Shown here: piece after piece, positions 1 to 15,585 of the stretch | Position numbering within the stretch: position 1 is the first letter of the stretch | Layout of the letters: every line of letters starts with the position of its first letter | NCBI RefSeq assembly: GCF_000743755.1 | Contig: NW_014569443.1 | Coordinates: 1 to 32,766 of the forward strand | Source: Blastocystis sp. subtype 4 | Lineage: Eukaryota | Direction: 5' to 3' | Length of the DNA stretch: 32,766 nt | The notes under the pieces: model-generated | What the model saw: only the letters and a program-made list of their open reading frames with translations | What the model was told of the DNA's origin: nothing | The model's database searches: none | Translations under genes and position numbers: made by a program

Positions 1-143
1 AGAGATCTATCAATACACTCACCTTCTTCTCAGGGTTCTTCACCTCAGGAAGGAAGCCACATAAGGGCTCACAAATGTGAAGGAGATCAACTACATCAAC
101 GTTAGATGTGGATTATGCAACCAATTCACGGCTTACATTTCAT
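1..143 (-). CDS. SEC61A: Protein transport protein Sec61 alpha subunit, 5' end (continues off the left edge)
   Basis: ATG at 143; splicing the first GT-AG intron gives MKFDLLHICEPLCGFLPEVKNPEKK, which resembles the Sec61a N-terminus (..L.LVRPF...LPEV..P.RK); followed by another GT donor. Confidence 0.75.
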
Positions 144-255
144 GATGAACTGAAAATGAGGAAATGCAAAAATGACAAGAAGGTTTCATTTCCATGCTAT
201 CAAATATACAGTGAATATTGTGTATTGAAACCGGAAACATCAAATCCCAATTACT

Positions 256-1719
256 TTATATCTTCTTATCGGTAATAGCCGCTGTGTGATCTCCACCACA
301 TACAATTCGCATAACTTTCGCTTTCTGTAGATATTCTACAAGAGTAGGTGTTACACGATAAGCAGCGATGCTCTCTACCTTATCTCCTCTTCCTAACTGA
401 CCATTTCGTCCACTTCCAAACTATACATCAATTTCCTCACTTATTCCAACTGTCATGATACGACCTTTATCATCGAGTACAGCGCTATGACTGCCTCCAG
501 CTGCAATGTCCACAATACGGAACTCTCGAAGCGAATCGATGGTATGAGGAATATTCGTATCTACTTTCCTTTCATTTGCAGTCTGTCCCTGCAAACCCTG
601 TCCCCAAGCATACACATCTCCATTCACTACCTTTCACTTTCATCCCATACACAAACCCGAGAGAGCGAGCATATGATACTGTCCGCAAGCAATACGAGCA
701 ATCGGAACATTCTTGAAGGTGCGAATCTTAGTGGGTTTGTTCACATAACGAGGTCCCTGTCCCTGACCTAACTGACCATAGTTATCAGCACCCCATGTGT
801 ACACTTCATGGTCCTCTGTAAGAGCAGCAGAGGATTCCATGCCAGCACTGATGTCAATCACCTTCTTGCCCTCTAACCCCTCAACTAATTGAGGAGCACA
901 CGTTCCACGGTTCTCCGCTCCAACACAACCCGTCTTGTTATTACCCCAAGCATAGACTCTTCCATCCTCTGTCAGAGCAAGTGTATGAACATGTCCTGCA
1001 CTGACCTTCACGAATTTAATGCCTTCCAGTCCAGGGACCCGCTCAGGAATACCCGCTTCCGTCACTCTACGATGTTATTCAACTCCCATCTGTACTCATG
1101 ACCCAGACGTCCAAAGCTACCACGACCCCATGTCCAAATAGAACCATCACGTGTCACTGCTGCCATATGTCCATCACTCACGGAGCAACATACAACAGGC
1201 TGGCCATCAAACGCATCTTCCACTTCACAAGGAAGGACCTGATTCGGACTATCCTCTGTGTTTCCCTGTCCCAGCTGATTGCTATCACCCTGACCAAAGG
1301 TCCAGAGACGACCTCCTTCAGTGATTACAGCGGTTGCTAATTATGAACCCTCAATCAAACGATCACTATTCGATCCAGCAGTAACAAAAATAGTCTTCTC
1401 ACCTTCAATCTCCTTCACCAGGTGAGGAAGAGACTCATCATGCTGAGTTCCAAGGCCGAGTTGTCCAAACTGTCCGCTTCCCCTAATTAATGATTTCCAA
1501 CCAAAGAACTACGAACCAAGTATACAGATATCCTCCTTCTTCTTCCTTGGCACTTAGTTTGTGATTCAGCACACAGATAGTGGTAACTCCAAATCCGCCA
1601 AGTGCAATTGCATATCCCCAAGCATTCTGACGTGTTCCATGGGCTTTTACAGTCATTCCTACAGATCTCACAGTCTTAACACTGCCACGTCCAATTCTAT
1701 TGACAAAGGTACCAAACAT
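256..1719 (-). CDS. RCC1-repeat beta-propeller protein with a basic, presequence-like N-terminus and a hydrophobic segment (possibly organelle-targeted)
   Basis: Several RCC1 repeats (VYAWG..N..G, VSAGHVHTLAL, IACGQYHMLAL, IAAGGSHSAVL); about 30-nt introns; N-terminus MFGTFVNRIGRGSVKTVRS is rich in R/S/T and lacks acidic residues; TAA at 256-258. Confidence 0.9.
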
Positions 1720-1890
1720 TTGAATGGAATGGCCTTGAAGCGTAATAATGGAAAAGGAGAAATCGGTGCGCCATACGAAATGGGCTGACCAAAGGCGCAA
1801 CTCCTGTCTAAGACACAGAAAGACTATCCCATTCCTTTTTAACCACTAACGTATATACTGAGTGCGAAGATTCATTGCTTTAGAACAGCC

Positions 1891-2312
1891 ATGTTGATGA
1901 ATGTCCTCGCCAACGCTCTTAAGACCATTACTAACGCTGAGAAGCGTGGTAAGCGTCAGGTTCTCGTTCGTCCTTGCTCCAAGGTGCTTCTGAAGTTCCT
2001 TCAGTGCATGCAGAAGAAGGGTGAGTAATAGGATGAGAAACTGATGGAATAGGATACATTGGTGAAATCACTGTTATTGATGATCATCGTTCTGGAAAGG
2101 TGGTTGTGGATCTGAATGGTCGTTTGAACAAGTGTGGTTGCATCTCTCCTCGCTTCGATATCAAGGTGAACGAAATTGAGATGTGGACTCGCAACCTCCT
2201 TCCTTGCCGTCAGTTCGGACATATTGTGTTGACCACTTCGATGGGAATTATGGACCACGAGGAGGCTAAGCGCAAGCATGTAGGTGGAAAGGTCATTGGT
2301 TTCTTCTACTAA
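1891..2312 (+). CDS. RPS15A: 40S ribosomal protein S15a (uS8)
   Basis: [32 protein letters not shown]..., intron 2021-2052, ...[14 protein letters not shown]...[18 protein letters not shown]. Confidence 0.98.
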
Positions 2313-2325
2313 AGGGAATGGATTC

Positions 2326-2340
2326 TCTTTGTTACAAACA
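2326..2340. terminator. Shared back-to-back poly(A) downstream elements of RPS15A (+) and KDSR (-)
   Basis: TCTTTGT-T-ACAAACA, near-palindrome. Confidence 0.65.
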
Positions 2341-2344
2341 TGTG

Positions 2345-3490
2345 AAAGAGAAGTATATATGTTCTCTTCCGCTCCTTGAGAGATAAAACCAGTGGTCCAT
2401 TTCTTCTCTCGCTCAGCTCCAGTGAATCGCTTGAACTTATAGATACCCAACAGAATAAGACGGAAAAGATTTGTAATTATCATTGCAGGAATGACGAACA
2501 AGACGGAGGCGAAAACGTTATTATGTGGTCCCATACTACAACTCGTGAGAGCGACTCCCCATGTGTCTACATCACAATAGATATGAGGGTCACCTCGTTT
2601 TATATGTCGAATGGCTCTAGAAGCAATATCAGCAGGAGAGAAGAGTGATTCCAGATAGTGTTCCACGAAAAGTCCTTCTTCGGGTTTCGTTTCATTTTCT
2701 TTCTTGAGACAAGGTGTATCCATATTGGGTGGATAGATACAACCAACCTGGATATTGTTGCGATGTAATTCTAACCGCAAGCCATCTGCCAGTCCTTTTA
2801 CAGCATATTTACTTGGAGCATAGGCTATGTAGCCTGTATAGCTAAGCATACTGCACGTACTACCCACCAAATACACTTCACCCTACTATTCATGATGATT
2901 GGCTCACGTACTCTCTTTCTCCGGATCATTTCTGGAACAATGGGGAAAAGTGTATTCACAACACCCATGTAATTAACATCAATGGAGGTTTCATAATCCT
3001 GAATTGTCTGCCCAAATGCATATCTGTCTATTAGGAACACTTTATAATCACATACCCCGTTTTAGCCATCCCAGCGTTACAAATGATGACATCGATAGTG
3101 CCGTTGTTTCGAACATCATTTACTATTGCATTCTGTATGTCTTCTTTGTTGCAAACATCAGCCACTGCAATATCAACGTGAGGAGTCATAACTCCTTTGC
3201 TCCTACAATAAGCATTTATCTCTTCTTTTGCTGTTTCCAGGAGCTTTATCTTTCGAGCAACAATTGTAACTTTGGCAGATTCAGCAGCAATCCGTTTGGC
3301 CAATTCAAGACCAAGTCCACTGGACCCACCTGTGATTACAACATGCTTTCCTGAAAATGAGTATCTCCAGGCTTTGACTCGATGAATGATTTCGGTGATC
3401 ACCAACCCAGTGACATCGAGTCCCAAGAGCCAAAGTACTAGTAATAAGTTGATAGAGATAGAGAGTACAGATTGTAGTTATTGTATCCAT
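2345..3490 (-). CDS. KDSR: Short-chain dehydrogenase, 3-ketodihydrosphingosine reductase (KDSR/TSC10)-like; stop predicted to be created by polyadenylation at T2345
   Basis: N-terminal TM; HVVITGGSSGLG; CNAG; YxxSK (YAPSKYAVKGLADGLRLE); YPPNMDTP..KKENETKPEE; C-terminal TM segments. No in-frame stop until deep inside RPS15A; in-frame T 4 nt before TGTTTGTA. Confidence 0.88.
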
Positions 3491-3615
3491 CAGAAGAATC
3501 TGTGGATGGAATTCAGATTTGACAAGTCGTTGACAAATTGTTGACAAGAACTGATTTGACTCCTTTCAAGATAAGAATCCATGGATCTGTAAGTGATAAA
3601 TCAAAATCCACTTCT

Positions 3616-3623
3616 AACAAACA
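3616..3623 (-). terminator. TGTTTGTT poly(A) element of CDPK (about 10-nt 3'UTR)
   Basis: AACAAACA on + strand, 14 nt past the stop. Confidence 0.75.
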
Positions 3624-3637
3624 ATCTACACTAGAAC

Positions 3638-5842
<2,205 letters not shown>

Positions 5843-5940
5843 GAGAAGAATAATAGTGAGATGTAACTTCCCTCAGAATTGATCAATAACCGTTTCGTTA
5901 GAATCTTGTATAACGCTCCTTATTCGATTGCTTTGGAGAA

Positions 5941-7335
5941 ATGCAAAGGGAGTTTTATGGGTATTCATGGACTCAATGGATCGTCATTTTGGTGTGCTAT
6001 GGGGTATTCTTCTTTTTTGGTGGTATTGAGGCCTCTCAGAGTATTTACTATTCTTTGATAAAAACTGAGTTGGAAATACCCTATAAGATACAGGGATGGC
6101 TTGTTTCAATGGGTTCATATTCGTTTATCATTGGTTCTCCAATTGTTGGCTATATCATGACACAAATCGATGTTAAACCCGTTATTGTAACTGCTTTTCT
6201 GTGTTATCTTCTCGCATACGTGCTGTTGTACTATTTCAAGAATCTTTGGGTTGTTTTTGTCTCTTTATTCATTGAGGGATTGGGAGGTGTTATGCTGGAT
6301 GTTGGTATGAATACTCTATCGACAGTTATCTTTGTTGTGCGTCGAGGTGTCATGATGAATTCTCTCCATTTCTTTTATGGGTTAGGAAGTGCAGTAGGTC
6401 CAACGTATTCTAGTTTTGTTTATTCTCTTCTCCACCAAGGCTATAAGGGAATCTTTCTGGGTTTGATGATTCCAGCGGGTCTGGGATTCATTTTCACGAT
6501 AACTACGCGTCTTTCATTAAATCAACCGGAGCGGGAAGAGGTATCTATAGCAGCACAAGAAGACGATAATCAAGGGGACCAGAAGGTGGAAGAGATATCT
6601 GCAGAAACACGAGGAAACACCGATCAAGTGGATCTATCAATGCAGTCAACCCAAACTCATCATAATAACAAAGACGAACTAACAATCTGGAAAGCATTTA
6701 TCACTCCAATGGTGTGGCTCTTAGGAATTAGTATGGGGGCCGTATATGCAATCGAATCAGTCACCGTGAATTGGGCTCCATTATATCTGAAGGAAATGTT
6801 CGGAATGAATCCAGAAGAGGAAGGAACTCACTTCATCTCGCTCTTCTTCATCTACTACACAGTCGCCCGACTACTCATCGGATTCATTATCGATTGGTTA
6901 GGAGATGTAACAAGTATGCTGGTATTCAATCTTCTTCTGATTATCCTTTATCTGATCGGATTTGGATTCAAGCGAAATGGAGTCTGGATCCTGGCATTCT
7001 CGGGGTTCTTGATATCTCCATTTTATCCTACATCCATTACTGTACCAATGGAGGTATTTGGGAACGAAGCAAAGAATACCATTAGTGTGATTCTTTGCTT
7101 GGCTCTGATCGTCAACGCATTGATTCAAGTGGTCATTGGGTATGTGAATGAATATTTGGGACCACAATGGGGTTATCCATTGATGAGTTTTGCAATGTGT
7201 TTCCTTATGATTCTGTGTATGGTGATTACTCAGTGGTGGTTAAAGAAGCATAATGGCAACAAAACAGAGAATCAAGTCCCTTCTGAGATTCAGGTGGTTG
7301 TTCCCAATACAAATGAAATCAAGCAGACGATCTGA
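5941..7335 (+). CDS. Major facilitator superfamily transporter (about 12 TM; FucP/MFSD4-like), intronless
   Basis: 464-aa ORF with 6+6 hydrophobic segments around a hydrophilic central loop; MMNSLHFFYGLGSAVGP; ARLLIGFIIDWLG. Confidence 0.9.
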   Translation: MQREFYGYSWTQWIVILVCYGVFFFFGGIEASQSIYYSLIKTELEIPYKIQGWLVSMGSYSFIIGSPIVGYIMTQIDVKPVIVTAFLCYLLAYVLLYYFKNLWVVFVSLFIEGLGGVMLDVGMNTLSTVIFVVRRGVMMNSLHFFYGLGSAVGPTYSSFVYSLLHQGYKGIFLGLMIPAGLGFIFTITTRLSLNQPEREEVSIAAQEDDNQGDQKVEEISAETRGNTDQVDLSMQSTQTHHNNKDELTIWKAFITPMVWLLGISMGAVYAIESVTVNWAPLYLKEMFGMNPEEEGTHFISLFFIYYTVARLLIGFIIDWLGDVTSMLVFNLLLIILYLIGFGFKRNGVWILAFSGFLISPFYPTSITVPMEVFGNEAKNTISVILCLALIVNALIQVVIGYVNEYLGPQWGYPLMSFAMCFLMILCMVITQWWLKKHNGNKTENQVPSEIQVVVPNTNEIKQTI

Positions 7336-7443
7336 GGCGATAGGAAGTTGTGTTGGTGACTAATTGTATTAAGTACAATTCTCAATGTTGTTTACAACAT
7401 TCTTCTGTTTCTTATCAAACACATCAGAATACACAAAAGGGCT

Positions 7444-10019
7444 CTAAGCTTCTTTTCTACAGTCCACAGCTGACAATGACTCTAATGCAGGAGCATGTTC
7501 TCTTTCTAACCTCAGATCATCTGCGGCTACTGTCATTAAGGCATCCCAACGTCTACACATTACTTCACAATTCAGCACTTCACATGTCATTCGCTTGCAG
7601 TGAAGGCGATAGTGACGTTCGAAGCGTCAACAGCGCTTGGAGGCCTGCTGCTCCCTGAGGGTCTTCTCCAGTCAGCATCGGTGACTTACTCATATCCATT
7701 CGTTCCCGCCTACAGTCCAATCATTCCTTCAATCCTACTTCACTTGCTGACGTGTTTGGATCCCACTCGAAGGAAGAGGGGATGATCGGCTACTTGTACG
7801 ATTCCGATTTACTTGACCACCCAAGGTGGGAGAGATTGAACTCCTCAACCGATGGCCGCCAACTTCATGATCCCCACGATTATCCTCTGATCCCACAGGT
7901 CCCAATTGTAGCGGAGTAGGGCAGACCATTGGCGACAGCGGATTTGAACGTGCGTTGTCTATTGCTGCCCGCTTGTTCACTGCAGAGTGCGTGGCGGGAG
8001 CTCTGGACCAGTTCACTGTCCCTCCTGTCAATCCAATTCCTGCCCCTGGCTTATACTTGGTAGAAGGGGCTAGTAAGGTACTCTGATGGATTGTGTGTTG
8101 GGTATAGACCGGATAACTCTCTGACGGAGTTGTAGTAGGTTTGATTCGTTTGGGAGTAAGATCCTCTGATGATTGGTAATTATACGAAGGCGGAAAAATG
8201 GCACTATTTTGGATCCCACTCGAAACAGGAGCATTGGATGTTTGTGTTCCCAAAGCCACAGGAGGAGTGGCTGTATGAGCATAACGATGTTTCTTTTGAG
8301 GAATAGGAAGGAAGTTGAATACATGCTTCTCATATGCCAAGAGATACTTGGTATACATCTTCTTCAGACGGAATGAAGCACTTGTTTCAGTAGGTGAGAA
8401 ATTATCCAAGCCTCGATATATCTTGGCCCATGTCCCTTCCTTACTCACAACACTATCACATCCTCCATATGCAGTCACTTCACGGAAAAGTCGATACAAA
8501 TCAACTTCTTTCCGTCCAAGCGTAGGAGGTCGATATGACATATTCTGATTCACGACATAGAACTGTTTGAGTTTGTTGATAAAATGAGTACAGTCCTGTT
8601 CATAATTAGGACCCTTCTTCTAGAAGTGAATTCAATGAATCAAAGTAACAGCTAGGTTGATCACATAGTTCACATCAACATTCTCTTCAATATTACAATT
8701 ATTGTATTTGTTATCATCCCAGATGTTCATGCTACACTCGAAATTTGGAAGTAAACTTGCGTCAAGGGTTCTAGTTGAAATCATCAAATTATGATTACGA
8801 TGGAACTGCTCGACGCTTACCACACTTGCAACAAATGATATATTGAGCTGATTGATTACTTGCCATTTTAGCATCTGAAACTGGCTTCGATGAGACCTGT
8901 TGGGATAGTGGTGATGGAGGACTCGATAATGACTGAGTAGGCAAAGTATAAGCAGAGAGAGGAGTGTAACTAACTTGCTTTGGAGTACTCTCCAGGTCAC
9001 AAGAGAGTGCAGATTGGTTAAAACTCATCATGGATGGAGATTTGGGAGGGAGATCTGTGGATGTATCTGTCTATATGTCAGAAATCAGAACCATTTCTAC
9101 ATTACTGTTCTTGGAGTTACGAGAATGAAGTTTCTTTCCAGATGGAGCTGTTTCATGTGACTAGAATCAATGAAAAACATAGAGCATACTTCAGTTTTGA
9201 CTTTAGGAAGTTCTAATTTGTGTGTGAAGAGAAGATTGATTCGAGGAACTGGAAGACCCTGAAGACTGTGTTCAAATAGGGACCAGGCTGCTCGATACCG
9301 CTAGATTCAATGACCACAACTAGATGTACAGGACAAAGGTTAATCTGACATTGATCATCTTTGCAAGTGATGCTGTGTAGGAGAATAAGAGGACGGATGT
9401 ACTGGCAGCGCTGACAGTTATCATCTGTACAAACACAAGAATGAAAACTACATTCACAGAATTCATCAACAATTACATGTCGCGTTTTAGATTTACACAG
9501 AGTGGATAGGAACAGTCACTTTCCAGCTGATGGCACTGACTCACATGACGAATCTGATCTAAACACTCCGACAGAAATGTCGCATTCTCGGTAAGATAAC
9601 CAGCTAACTGTGTGAAGGAGGTGTTTGATGTTTTGACAGCACATTCGGGCAACATGATGAGGGGAGGAGTCGTCTTTGTTGTGGAGGTCTCGTCTGCAAG
9701 ATAATGGAAAAGAAGAAATCGAACCTCGACTCTTATCTTCACCAAAGGATGCCGAATATAACTTGGAATCGGCACCGCTCCTTTCAGGATACGGTAACTG
9801 CATGAAAAATGGGGAATATACAGTGGAAGAACCACCATTCATCAAAGAAGAACCCAGCTCGTTCTCTTGGAAATCAAAATTATCAGCCGATGTCATCTGA
9901 GCTCCTATCGTCGGTGAAAAAAACTCAGACGTAGAAGCAAGCATCTCATTTGAGTTTGGTTCTGGTGGTTGTGAAATCGGTTCCTTCTTCGGTTCAACAG
10001 GTTTCGGATCTGATGACAT
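7444..10019 (-). CDS. Chromatin protein with TAZ-like zinc finger, CW-type zinc finger and ARID domain
   Basis: TAZ-like HVSQCHQLESDCSYPLC...HSCVCTDDNCQRC...CKDDQCQINLC; zf-CW IICCKCGKRR...FECSMNIWD..YNNCNIEE; ARID PTLGRKEVDLYRLFREVTAYGG..W..RLKKMYTKYLLAYE; spliced model ends CRKEA* at 7444. Confidence 0.85.
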
Positions 10020-10229
10020 TCCTACACGACGTTAAAAACCATTCTTCCATCCAATCTCCAATACCTACGTTTACGTCCTATGTATGCCAATGATCAATCC
10101 AGCTTGGTATAATTGATCACAACAATAAATAAGTAAGTCCTAACAGAGAGTTTTCTGCCATTTCTCATTAACTTGTTTTCAGGATGATTCTGTCTTCTAG
10201 TTGTTGTGGTGCTGTTTAGTTTTGTTTGG

Positions 10230-11944
10230 ATGATGGCTTCTCGTTTTCCTCTCAATTGGGGTGAATCATCCTTTTCTTATGAAATCCTTGCAGATGTACT
10301 TAGAGAGCCATTTTTATTACTCTTGTCGGTATATTATCGATAGCTTTCATTGAGGTACATTGAATCATTGATTCCGTTTCTATTCTCTTGGCAATGATCG
10401 TTAATAGAGAATTGAGTTTTGGATTGGTACTTAGGAAGATGTTGTCATGATCGTATTAATCCCTTTCATTCATTTCCGTTTACGAACCTGATTTGACACC
10501 AAGGATATTATCACTCTTAATGCTTGTGCCATGGGATCATTGTTTGTTATGAAAAGTGATAAATCTTCCATATTGGACGAATTATGGGAGTATCGATTTA
10601 TACGCTTTATCAAACGGAAAAGAAAGCGATCATTAACGCGTTTACTTCTTGAGGGTGTTTATCTCTTTGTACCTCAAAACGAAGCTCTTCCATGTAATTT
10701 GAAGTATTCTGATATTGGTACTTCGTGGATTCTTTTGTAATGTGTAGAATACCAAGTAATGAAGCAGATGGACGATATTCATTATGAAACTGTCAATGGT
10801 ATGGGGATTTGTATGACGGGTTGTGACATTCGTACTGGAAAGGGTTTTCCTAAGGAACGATTTCTTTTTGTACTGAAATCGTATGAACTATCTGAAGAGG
10901 AGACTAAATCTCTCTTTAGTATTCGACACCACAGTGCACTGAGAGGTAAAATAGGTCTCTTGCACGTTTATATTGTAAATGGTCTCTTTGTACTTGATGG
11001 CCTGTAACTTAATTCATAGTATGATGGTCTAATCTTTCCTTTTGAAGCTGAGGCCGTTACGGATCAACAGACACTTACTCTAATCCAGTACTTGGCTTCG
11101 GTAAGCAAATTCTCTGCGTTATTGGATTTGGTCAAAGATTCTCTTGAGGAGAAGGGATTTCTCTTATCGCTAAAAGGAAGTGAATTGGACTGCTCTTCTC
11201 AGCATTTAAGTAGAAAAGGGGCTGCCATTTTGTCCAAATGCAAGCGCTTGGCATCCCTCATTTGTTCGTGTAATGACTCTCTCAAACAGTCTCAGCTCCT
11301 TGTTACATATTCCCTACATAATTACTTCATGCAATTGTTCTGCCCATATTTCATCGCTGATTTGGAATCAAACTACAAGGATCATGTTCATCGGTTTCAA
11401 TTGTGTAGACAACAATGTATCAACTTGAGTATGGCAGATTTGCATATTCCCTCTATTTTTCGTTGTAACGTATGTTATAAGAGTGGGACTTTTATAGTAG
11501 TTTACAAAAGTTGTTTCAATGTTCAATCAGACATATTTCGACTTTTCGAATCATCCTGATACAGTTTATCCGTTGAACATTTTATCCTGTTGGAAACGAC
11601 TTATTCAAGAAATTGGATACACGATCAACTCAACAATTCTATCATCATCCTCGTCCACATTAGATTCTCTCTCAAGTGAGCTCGAGATCTTTTTCTGATA
11701 TCTAGCATTAGCGTTATCAACTGATGATACGATTGCAATTGTTACTTATGTTATTATCAAAGCGTATTCGTGTAAAGACTGTTTCATATCTAGAGAACAT
11801 GTCATGAGTTTACCTGTGCATCTAGTACTGGTAGATGCTTTTTCTCCGTGTGATTTATCGACTTCTTCTCTTGGTTATGTCTATGGTGTAATTGATACTG
11901 CTGTTATGTGGATCCTTGATTATGGATCTCGGCATTTACGGTGA
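10230..11944 (+). CDS. VPS9-domain (Rab5-family GEF-like) protein, divergent
   Basis: Spliced C-terminus LSTDDTIAIVTYVIIKA...SSLGYVYGVIDTAVMWI matches the VPS9 signature (.ADD..P...YV.IKA...GY.....AV..I); TGA 11942-11944 followed by TGTTTGTT; 5' exons uncertain. Confidence 0.7.
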
Positions 11945-11949
11945 TGAGA

Positions 11950-11957
11950 TGTTTGTT
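11950..11957 (+). terminator. TGTTTGTT poly(A) element of the VPS9 gene
   Basis: Exact motif 5 nt after TGA. Confidence 0.75.
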
Positions 11958-12045
11958 TAAGTATTTTTTGGGACAAAAGATACAGAATTGGGCATCCCAA
12001 CCGTCAACCCATTTCCCTCATTATCTCTCATTGTACTCCTCGTTG

Positions 12046-12651
12046 ATGTCTGACGTTATTAAGGCTGAGGAGATTCTTCCAGACAGTACAATTTGTGGTG
12101 TTTGTATTTATTGAATAGCCTTCAAGAAACCTGGAGCTGATACACCTGGAAAGAGAGACGATTTGGATTATGATATTGGCAATATGGAAGCTACAGATAA
12201 TCACCAAGTGAATATGGAGGTAAGAATTGTTTCTCAGACGAAATGGCTCATTTGTAGGAGTTTGAAGCTGACAAAGAGGCTTATCTTCTTCGAATTACCC
12301 GAGATAACACACAGTTTCTTATCAATCATATGTTTGAACTGCCTACAGAAAACACGGATGTAGGTCCGATCGTGAGTGGTTGGATGGTTGTGTAATGTGA
12401 AGGCAACCCTTCCTGAACGGAAGACAAAGATTCCTCGTGAGAAGCCAATTCCAAAGAAGGTGGAGACAAAATGGGAGAAATATGCCAAAGCCAAAGGTAT
12501 TAAGAAACATAAGAAGGAACGTATGGTTTATGATAAGGAGGCAGATGAATGGAGACCTCGTTGGGGTTACAAGGTGTGGAAGCGAAGAGTATTTCATGTA
12601 TAGAGAGTGGGGTCGGATCCTATGGATGGTTGGGTTACAGAGGATAAGTAG
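12046..12651 (+). CDS. RRS1: Ribosome biogenesis regulatory protein RRS1 (short form)
   Basis: DYDIGNMEATD, ITRDNTQFLINHMFELP, TKIPREKPIPKKVETKWEKYAKAKGIKKHKKERMVYD..EWRPRWGYK; TAG 12649-12651. Confidence 0.93.
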
Positions 12652-12669
12652 TTGGTTGTTTTAGTATGT

Positions 12670-12684
12670 TGTTTGTGACAAACA
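12670..12684. terminator. Palindromic bidirectional poly(A) element of RRS1 (+) and RUVBL1 (-)
   Basis: TGTTTGT-G-ACAAACA, perfect 7-bp inverted repeat. Confidence 0.75.
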
Positions 12685-12688
12685 AGTG

Positions 12689-14289
<1,601 letters not shown>

Positions 14290-14418
14290 AGAAACCAATT
14301 CAACAAGTGGGCTTTGAAAACAAGCGATGAAAAGAATCGGGAAAAATCGGCTTGTTTTAGTCTGCAACAATTCCCGCGGATGTCCTGAGCATCTTCATAA
14401 ATCAGATTGGAATATCCT

Positions 14419-15540
14419 ATGTATCATCTCTCAACAAGAAATGATAAAACTCCTAAGGATATGAGCATGGTATCTGGACATAGCAAAATGTTTAGTCTTC
14501 GTAGTGGTCGTGTAAAGATGGATATTTTTCCTTTATAGCAGATTGCGAAGCCATATTCTTCAAATGAGAGGTTCTGTTATAAGACTGCTTTTCAACAGCA
14601 CAGTCCCCTCACTCGTTACATCGCTCGGTATTATGGTTCGTGTTCTTTGGATGTATGAATGCTTATTACACTTGCTGTGGTAGGATCTTCGCCTTTTGAG
14701 TGATGATCCAACACTTGATATAACTTTTCCAAAAGAACATATAACTGTGAGTGTGGATAATGTGTATCCTGAGTCGTGATCTGTGGTAGTCTGTTTTCAG
14801 TCGTAGGATATCGCAAACAAATCGATTTATTATTATTGAAAACTTGGAAGAGGGATTTAAGTATCCCTGCATGTTAGATATCAAGTTGGGAACGCGAATG
14901 TATTGTAGCATTTCTGCTTCGTCTTTATGTAGGGGATGGAGCTCCCAGAGATAAGATTGAACGTCATGTAGCCACTTGCAAAGCCACTACATCGGGATCC
15001 TTGGGAATGCGTATTTGCGGCATGAGGGTTGTAGTATTCACGATATCTGATCGATAGTTGTATTGTCCACAGACAGGTTCATGGACCTATCAGGAAAAAG
15101 CATGGGGGAAGAGTTTACAAGCTGACGACATGTTGGATGCAGTTGCATTGTTTTTCTTCGATGGTGTTAATCTTCGAATAGATTTGATGGATGAAATCTT
15201 GGATAAGTTGTGTGAGATTCGTGATGCTGTCGAAGCTGTAGATATGGATGTTGAATGGTGATTATAGTGCACATGGCGATTTTGGTCATCGAGTCTACTC
15301 TTTGTATATGAGGGAGGCGGCGAATCCCATGTTGACATTCACCTCATTGATTTTGCAAACTGCAACTTTGCGAATTCATATACAACTCCAGATGAGGTGA
15401 AAATTGATTAAGAGATTCATGTGTAGGGTTACTTGTTGGGGATTAGCAATCTGATAGCAACAATTCGGTTACTACAAAACGGAAAAGTGTCTGTTAAAGA
15501 ACTATTAGTATGTGAGCTGAGAAAACAGCTCTTTGGTTAA
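14419..15540 (+). CDS. Inositol polyphosphate kinase (IPK/IPMK family)
   Basis: VSGH; IENL..GFKYPCMLDIKLGTR (PxxxDxKxG); SSLLFVYE; IDFA; PDEGYLLGISNL; TAA 15538-15540. Confidence 0.93.
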
Positions 15541-15542
15541 TG

Positions 15543-15581
15543 TGTTTGTTAGGAAGCCTGTCTATATAGGCTGAACAAACA
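15543..15581. terminator. Paired TGTTTGTT elements of IPK (+, 15543-15550) and USP39 (-, 15574-15581)
   Basis: Both are exact motifs, each 4 nt after an in-frame T. Confidence 0.85.
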
Positions 15582-15585
15582 ATTG

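Noticed and set aside
487..1340. Plus-strand ORFs opposite the RCC1 gene, and the many similar 60-120 aa shadow ORFs in the track
   Set aside because: Antisense or alternate-frame shadows of recognisable genes, with no motifs of their own
1851..1883. Possible 33-nt 5'UTR intron of RPS15A
   Set aside because: Plausible GT-AG, but it cannot be supported without transcripts and is ordinary for ribosomal protein genes
2001..2344. KDSR C-terminal extension antisense to RPS15A as a true overlapping gene
   Set aside because: Better explained by poly(A)-created termination at 2345; the extension is just the antisense read of the ribosomal protein gene
14455..14463. Minus-strand ATATCCTT U12-like 5' site (also near 10501)
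   Set aside because: Antisense to plus-strand genes and with no matching branch box; chance match
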